A stretch of DNA of 64,000 nucleotides, from assembly GCA_951406725.2 (NCBI GenBank), contig OX597825.1, forward strand, positions 82,150,001 through 82,214,000. The letters are read 5' to 3'. The first letter of the stretch is position 1, and every line of letters starts with the position of its first letter. The notes below the pieces were generated by a model that was given only the letters and a program-made list of their open reading frames with translations, made no database searches and was not told where the DNA came from. The translations under genes and the position numbers were made by a program. Positions 55,955 through 64,000 of the stretch are shown here, piece by piece. Source of the stretch: Octopus vulgaris. Lineage: Eukaryota.

Positions 55955-56290
55955 CAGGGTGGGTGGAAAGTAAGTAGGCATTAGAAATTGCTTATGGAAT
56001 TTTTAGTATCCCTGAAGTCATAGCGAAAACACTTTTTAAACAGACAACACTAATGGGGGTTTCTTATTTTCTTATTTTCCAGACGGCCGGTCGCTCGATT
56101 GTTCAGGAGCGAGCTAAGATAACAGTAAACTATGAAATGTGGAATTCCATTGTTTTGGTTCAGAGGTAGTAATGTGCATGGGGAGGTAAGCATGCAACTC
56201 TACGTCTGGAGATAATAAAAAGTTAACATGCAAAGCTGATGACCACGGAAGAAGTGGCCGTCCAGCTACATTCCGACCAGGGCTTTCTGA
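55955..56290 (+). mobile_element. Tc1/mariner (maT/DD37D-like) 5' remnant
   Basis: Begins TA|CAGGGTG; translation LIVQERAKITVNYEMWNSIVLVQR**CAWGGKHATLRLEIIKS*HAKLMTT..RSGRP resembles the DUF4817-type HTH. Confidence 0.55.
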
Positions 56291-57501
56291 TGAGATGAAA
56301 GGATTAAGTTATCCTCAAACAAAAGAAGCGACTTACAGAGAATTCCACTAAAATTACCCAATAACAAGTTTGTGCTTTTAAACCTGGCACCTTATTAGAT
56401 CTACGCCTTTAGAACGCTGTGTGTTAAGGTCCAAAGGGCAGGTATCTCATCCAATATTTTAACAATTCCACCCTGGAGCGGAACTTTATTTATTTGACTG
56501 TCGAAAAGACGAAAGCATGAAGTTGACATCGGCGGGATTTGAAATCAACGCGTATATAATCAGACCAAACATTGGAAAATACCTAACCCTCTCCTGCTTT
56601 GCATCGAGTACTTAGCCCCTCGATGGAGTCATAAGGCTACCAACCATCGTTGGTAGTGTTATGACGATGCATCAAAAATAATTTTAAGACGTGTCGGAGC
56701 ACATTCGTTTTTAGGCCTGAATGAAGTCAATACTTTCCAGAAAAGCTGAAAACCCATTAAATGAAGGAAAGGAAACAGGGACCGGCACTTATTTTAACGA
56801 CCCCGGGAAGGTGAAAAACAAAATTGACCTCAGAGGAACTTGAACCAGAGCCGGAAGGATTAGTACAACACAATCTATCTGATGCTCCATCGACTCCACG
56901 AATCGGATGCTATCTTTTTACTTACACCCTTCGTCTCTTTCTTTCTTTCTTTCGTTCTTTCCTTTTTACTTTTTTTCTTCCTTCCTTCCTTCCCTCCTCC
57001 CATTCTGCTACTTTGGCAGAAATTAGGAACTGCATGAGATCCGTTGTATATCAGACCCTATTAGGGGTGATAAACAGTTTTGTTTCCCAGCAGATGTAGC
57101 GGGGGTAGGGGACACAGAAATGGGGGCGACAACAGCGTTTTTTCTCTTCCTTCTTGATTCCTAATAACGCCTTTTTTCCCTTCTATCCTGACTCCATATT
57201 TACATATAGATACATGTGCGTGTGTATACACACATACATACATACATACACACACACATGCATACATACATACATACATACATACATACATACATACATA
57301 CATACATACACGCACATACATACATACTTACTTACATACATACATACACACAAATACACACACAGACATATATAATATTATATGTATGTATACATACACA
57401 TATATATCTATGTATGTATATATACATTATATACACACACACGCACACAAATATAAATGCTGTGTACGTATGTCTTTGTTAATAACACTTCTTTGTATCA
57501 C

Positions 57502-57540
<39 letters not shown>

Positions 57541-57732
57541 TTCTGTGTTTCTGTTTATTTTTTTGCCACCATTAATTTTTCTGCCCCTATCCGGGGTCTA
57601 CACCAAGGCCCCCACCCCATCCCACCCCCACCCCCAACCACGGACACCGCTACCCCTCCGACACCGCCCGCTGCCACTAACATGATAAACTGGGAAGATA
57701 AGCTAACTACATGAACCTTATTTCGGAAAATC

Positions 57733-57769
<37 letters not shown>

Positions 57770-58268
57770 TAATGTTGGTTGGAAAAGCTCAGAAGGGGCA
57801 ACAGAATTGCCTGGCTGATCTAGATGTCGGTATGTGTGGAAGGAAGTGCATGCGCGCGCGCTGTCTGCGTATGTGTGTGAGTGAGAAAGGGAGACGAATA
57901 AAAATGAAAAAGTGGGGCGAAAAAAAGGGAACATAGGTATATATGTGTGTGTGTTAGATAAATAACTGGTTTTTTATATGTGTTTCTTTTTGCTGTTTTT
58001 CTGGTACCATAGGTTTCCTGCTGGTTACGAAGCAGTATTTTTACGATCAAAATTCAAAATAAAAACAATACTCCATCATTAAGTAACAGATACACACACA
58101 AATACATACATACACACACACACACATGCGTACACACACATGTGTATGTATATATGTATATCTATCTATCTATAAATTTATATATATACGTGTGTGTGTG
58201 AAACTCAGTGACACACGCACACATACGGTCTTAACGCTCATCATACACAACAGGAGCACCGCTACGCT

Positions 58269-58315
<47 letters not shown>

Positions 58316-58322
58316 ATATCTA

Positions 58323-58364
<42 letters not shown>

Positions 58365-59404
58365 TATACATATATAAGAGATCATGGAAATTCTTGTTCC
58401 AAACGTGACCATACACAGAGAAAAAACATGGGGGAAGGAGGAGCTTTGTCAGATCCTGTAAGATTCCCTTCCTCAACTCCCTTAAGTCTCCTTCCTCAGT
58501 CCCTTACATCAGGAAGTAAAAAAAAAAAGAAGAAATAGGGAGTTGGTGATTGCAGGTGCGTGCTGATGGTAGCGTCATGTGCAGGAATTGTGATGGTAGC
58601 GTAAATGGTGGTGATTGGGGTTTTGTTTATCCTCCATAATCGTGTCAGCTATGTAGGGGTCTCCAGTGTTTCCCATTTTTCTCCCAATGTAACATAAAGT
58701 GACAATTTGGCATTTTAAGGGCCACTAATTATACAACTGGCTCCCAAAATGTTTATAAAACCTAAAGCAAAAATCTTTGGTTCTTTTCCTTATCACTTTT
58801 AATGGAATCCGCTTTTGTGTGTGTGTGTGTGTGTGTGAATAGCTGATACAATGTATGTGTCTGTATTTGTGTGTGTGTTTTCTGTTTGTATGTGTGTATG
58901 TGCGTTTATGTGTTTCTGTGTTTGTATACTTCTGTGCGTGTGTGCTGTGTGTATGTGCTTGTGTGTGTGTGTATGTGGGTTGAGGTATAGCAATACAAGG
59001 TGTTACATATAGAGGATATTGAATCTTACGCCCGTACATAACAATCGGTGCGTCGCATCATTTGTCGACGGAACTCTTGTGGCTGGTTGGGGAAGCTTTA
59101 TTTCTACAGTACCATAGCTTAATGGCAAAGAAATTTGCTGCGAAACATCGAAGTCTCTTCATCGATTCCACTGCGTAGCATGCTTTCTCTAAACTCGGGC
59201 CGTTCTACCTTTTGTGAGTGAAACTGGTCAGAAGGAAACGATAATGAAGCCCGTCGGGTGGATTGTACAGTAATTCAAAAAGCAAAGCCTTTTCACAGCC
59301 TGTCACACTAACTCTCCTTGAGAATCACATCGAGGTTACACGCATACATACATACATACATTACATATATACATACATTACATATATACATACATACATA
59401 TACA

Positions 59405-59568
59405 CAACGGGCTTCTTTCAGTTTCCGTCTACCAAATCCACTCACAAGGCTTTGATCGACTCGACGCTATAGTAGACGATAGTTGCCCAAGATGACATGC
59501 AGTTGGACTGAACCCGGAACATGTGGTTGGTAAGCAAGCTACGTACTACACAGCTACTCCTGCGCCTA
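59405..59568 (-). mobile_element. SINE family B 5' half (a decayed plus-strand copy lies at ~59075-59256)
   Basis: cgggcttctttcagtttccgtctaccaaatccactcacaaggc...cacagctactcctgcgcc. Confidence 0.82.
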
Positions 59569-59731
59569 TATACTTAAAATATAAAGCACTCTTAGAAAAG
59601 TAAGGAACCAAAGCGTAATTAGAAAATTGAAATTAATGTACTTCTAAAGTCGGGTCTGTGTGGTTTCTCTTAATCCAATCCACTTAAAATTCTTAAAATA
59701 TATCACACTCTACCGTGTAAACAGTATAATG

Positions 59732-60013
59732 TTTGGAGTCAAGATTGTACGCCAACATAACATGGTAGTCCTGGTTTAGGACTAATGTTGCTGTAATTTA
59801 GCCCCAGGAGACATCGTCACCAGTTGGCTAATACGACACGATCTGTGTCCTTATATTTTCGAACAAGGGAATCTAGCATCCCCACTCAGCTCAAAACAAT
59901 ATCTGTGTATCGCGATTTCCCTTCATCGCGATGTCTACTGGGGCTAAATTACAGCAACATTCGTCCTAAACCAGGACTGCCGTGTTACGTTGGCAAATAA
60001 TCTTTACTCCAAA
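59732..60013. mobile_element. MITE with ~85-bp terminal inverted repeats
   Basis: tttggagtcaagatt...gtcctggtttaggactaatgttgctgtaatttagccccaggagacatcg (59732-59816) versus its reverse complement at 59929-60013. Confidence 0.8.
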
Positions 60014-60127
60014 GTCCTGTTGCTGAATAATTCTGGTTGTGAGATTTTAAAATAGTAATTTTCTAGTATAATGTGTTTGTTGGATGAAAATTGCGCCTAA
60101 AACAGATACCAATGAATGTTGATATTC

Positions 60128-60449
60128 TTTATTCTTTTATTTGTTTCAGTCATTTGACAGCGGCCATGCTGGAGCACCGCCTTTGGTCGAGCAAATAGAC
60201 CCCAGGATTTTTTCTTTGTAAGCCTTGTACTTATTCTAGCTTTTTTTATTGCTGAACCGCTAAATTTCGGGGATGTCAACATATTAACATCGGTTGTCAA
60301 GCGATGGTGGACACACACACACACACACACATATATGGCAGGCTTCTTTCAGTTTCCGCCAACTAAATCATCTCAGAAGGCTTTGGAGACTGAACCTGGA
60401 ACCATGTGGTTGGGAAGCAAGCTACTTACCACACAGCCACTCCTGCACC
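60128..60449 (-). mobile_element. SINE family B with internal deletion
   Basis: Tail, (TG)n and head present; central CORE-like part missing. Confidence 0.8.
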
Positions 60450-60908
60450 TATACCAATATTCATAAGAACGGAGGCATTCATTCTGCCTTCGGTCAGAGG
60501 CGTGAGGGTTCTAGACCAGGGATCTTTATGAGCATTTCACTGGTGACAACTAAGGTTGCAGGGTCTTTTAACAGATGTAGTGGCTTCAGAAAGGAGTTCA
60601 ATGTAAAGGAGCATTTCAACACAACTTTGGACCCTCGGTTAAGCGCAAAACCGATACGAAAAGAAACAGAACTTTCATTTCATCCATGAAAACGACGAGA
60701 AAAGGTGGCTCTAGTTTGATCACAGCAGCCATTAGTAAAATAAACAAAAACAAAAACAAAAAAATGAGTGTAAATATAAGAATAACTTGAAAAGCGTTAA
60801 AGCGAGCAAACAGACGTTAAGTGTCTGTTAGCAAATGACAACAGAGATCCAGACGACGAAGAACTTATCTTCACTTTCGTAGCGTTTAGTGAAGTGGATG
60901 AGAGATAA

Positions 60909-60997
<89 letters not shown>

Positions 60998-61299
60998 CAC
61001 TACTACTACTACTACTGCTACTTGTCTCTCCCCCCTTGAATAGGGAATTTTCGTTTATCGCAGATATTGTTTCTCGCAGGAGGTAGAGAACGAGACGAAT
61101 TAACTGTTCCGTTGCCCCATGGAGCGGTGGGCTGATCCTTTCCTTTCCTCCCTCCACCCATCCTCCTACCTAATCCCCCATACATACAGAGACACCTACC
61201 TACCTACCCACCTACTTACCTACCTACCTACCTACCTACCTACATACATACATACATACACACACAAATATACTTATATATATATATATATATATATAT

Positions 61300-61460
61300 A
61301 CAGGAGTGGATGTGTAGTAAATAGCTTGCTTACCAACCCCATGGTTCTGGGTTCAGTCCCATTGCATGGCATCTTGGGCAAGTGTCTTCTTCTATAGCCT
61401 TGGGCCGACCAAAGTCTTGTAAGCGGATTTGGTAGACAGTAACTGAAAGACCCCCATCTT
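61300..61460 (+). mobile_element. SINE family B 5' half
   Basis: caggagtggatgtgtagtaa...gggttcagtccc...ttgggcaagtgtcttc...ggtagacagtaactgaaaga. Confidence 0.82.
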
Positions 61461-62132
61461 GTACACACACACACACAAAATGGGCACCACCAGTCTCGAC
61501 AGTCAGAACAGAGTTATTTGCTTAACTGAAGTACCTCCTCCTTCAATTAAGATATAATTGGCTAATCATTGCACAGAGCTGTGAACTTGTAATGTAACTC
61601 TCATGTAACGACTAAGCGAGGGAAAATCTACCCCGCGCGTTTAACGTGTACTTAGTTAACAGGTAAATCTTCCAAAGTTTTTTTTAAGAGTTCTAATTTA
61701 GCAGTCTTGACTGTAACATTTTCACAATCACGAAGAAAAAAAGAAGAAAAATAGTATGTTTCTTTTATACATAAATGCGCTCGCTTCGATTCCCTTATTT
61801 CCTCAGGTCTTCTTGGGAACTGTCTCTTTCTACAATGGCTGAAGAGGCGAGCAGTCGCTGAAACATCATAAACTCCAGGAAGTTATAAATGTGCATAAAC
61901 TGATTAAAATTAGATATCTTGTGAATGAAAAAGGAAGTGGGCAATAAGCTTGATGTTGTTAATTACGATAATAACTCCAGACATATTTCTACCTTATTAA
62001 ATCGTTTTAGCGAAGCACAGTCATAAGGATTGAGTTATTTGTGTATTTGATAGTGATTATTTTATTGGCCTTCTGTTAAATAGATCTACAATGGGTTTAA
62101 ATTCAGAACCAATGACAATTCTAAATATTCTT

Positions 62133-62336
62133 TTCTGCTCTAGACACAAGGCTCGAAATTTTTGGGGGAGGGGGCCAATCGATAAAATCTACCCCAATAC
62201 GCAACTGATACTTAATTAATCGACTTTGCCTTTCATCCTTTCGGGGTCGATAAATTAAGTACCAGTTACGCATTGGGGTCGATCTAATCGACTGGCCTAC
62301 TCTCCTAAAAGTTTGGACCTTGTGCCTAAGGTAGAA
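62133..62336. mobile_element. Two family A 3' halves joined in inverted orientation
   Basis: 62133-62224 is the reverse complement of 62246-62336; the spacer is the SINE core tttgcctttcatcctttcggg. Confidence 0.8.
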
Positions 62337-63048
62337 CTGAATATTGCCAATTCTAAGTATTCCGGAAAATTTAGGCTCGGTTCTTTACTACGGCAAGAAA
62401 TGTTGTCCTGTCATGATGCTGATGATGATGATGATGCTGTTTCTACTGCCGACGATGACGGTGATGAGGATGACATCGACGACGACGAGGGCGACGATGA
62501 GGGGGATGATGACGATGAAGCTGGTAAGATGATGATGATGGTGATGATGAAGATGATTACATGGCGGCAAAACAATGGCGACGGATAGGCCGACAACGAC
62601 GGCGAAAAAAAACGACGACGATGACGATGATGATGATGATGTTGCGAATGACAATGGTATAAATAATTAGAATCTGTCACAGTGACAACAACAAACCTCC
62701 TTCCTACACCTACCCTTACCCCTTATCCCTCCCCTCCAAATACCATTTCTCAAAGAAATCTATTTTTATCCTGTTTTCCTCCTTTGTCCAACATTTATTT
62801 AGAAATTTCAACAAACGTCCTCTCGACTTCAATTGCCTTTTTGTTAACCTTTTCTTCATCTTTTATTCCGCCCTCCCTCCCTCACCCTCTTTCTCACACA
62901 CACATACACACACTCCCTTTCTCTCTCTCTCTCTCACACACACACATTCTCGCTTTTTCTTCTTCCTTTCCCCCTTACCACCTCATTCAATTCCTTTCTC
63001 TTTCTCTCTGCGAATCTCTATCCCCTCTCTCTCCTAGCCCTCTCACGT

Positions 63049-63083
<35 letters not shown>

Positions 63084-63146
63084 TCTCTCTCTCCCTCTGT
63101 CCCTTCATCTCTCCCCTTCATCTCTCACTCACACAAATACACACAT

Positions 63147-63541
63147 TCTTTTTCTTGTTTCAGTCATTTGACTGCGGCCATGCTGGAGCACCGCCTTTCT
63201 AGTCGAACAAGTTAACCCCCAGGACTTATTCTCTGAAAGCCTAGTACTTATTCTATCGGACTCTTTTGCCGAACCGCTAGATTACGGGGACGTAAACACA
63301 CCGATATCGGTTGTCAAGCGATGAGGGGGGACAAACACAGACACGCAAACACACACACACAACACACACACATATATACGCGACGGGCTTCTTTCAGTTT
63401 CCGTCTACCAAATCCACTCACACGGCTTTGGTCGGCCCCTTGAGGCAATAGTAGAAGACACTTGCCCAAGATGCCACGCAGTGGGACTGGACCCGGATTC
63501 ATGTGGCTGGTAAGCAAGCTACTTACCACACAACCACTCCA
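63147..63541 (-). mobile_element. SINE family B, near full length, inside a pyrimidine-rich tract
   Basis: All modules present; best-preserved family B copy in the window. Confidence 0.88.
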
Positions 63542-64000
63542 ACACCTCTTAATCTCTTTTCCACACCCCTTCTCCTCGTTCTTCCCCCTCTGCCCCTGTC
63601 CCGTTCATTATCCTCTCTCTTTCATCTCTCACCCACACACTTACACACCGTCTCTTAATTCCTTTTCCACATTCCTTCTCCCCGTCTCCATCTCTCGTTC
63701 TCTTTCATAGATATCCTTCCTCCATTGTCTCTTCTCTTATTGTCTCAAACTATTCTTTCTTTTCCTTAATTAATCTATCTTTATCCATTTAATCTAAATT
63801 TATTTCTGGCTACTCCCACCTCTCTCTTTCCCTCTCACTCACAACTGTTTTCCTCTTTCTCTTTCCCTCTCGCCATGTTTTCATTTCAGGCCTTCTGCCT
63901 ATAGTAGAAAGGATAACTTGTTATAGTAATCAGCATTGTTGGTTTGCTGAAGACTGGGTCTTAGATTTGTCTGTGCCACATTTCTGGCAGCAAGCATCTT

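Overview
AT-rich animal genomic DNA with no intact protein-coding gene that I can support. Nearly all ORFs in the track are translations of simple repeats. The extreme microsatellite load ((AT)n, (AC)n, (ATAC)n, (ATAG)n, (AAT)n, (ATC)n, (ACC)n, (ACT)n) and the tRNA-SINE families look like an octopus/coleoid cephalopod intergenic or large-intron region (inference from repeat style only). The non-simple sequence comprises: three dispersed tRNA-derived SINE families (called A, B, C here); a short internally deleted mariner with intact TIRs (6797-7362); decayed mariner, maT-type, hAT-like and Chapaev-like transposase remnants; CR1-type LINE and Penelope-like (PLE) fragments; a Helitron-like 5' end; several MITE/foldback elements; and a 23-bp minisatellite interrupted by two SINEs with clear target-site duplications. 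The most interesting signal is a small two-copy retroelement (47171-47540 and 49482-49738, minus strand): the second copy has a Pol III tRNA-like head and the first has a near-intact minimal type I hammerhead ribozyme core, suggesting a ribozyme-carrying SINE. Other hammerhead-like remnants and many long near-perfect hairpins (possible dsRNA/ADAR substrates) are also present. All family assignments were made by eye and need database confirmation.
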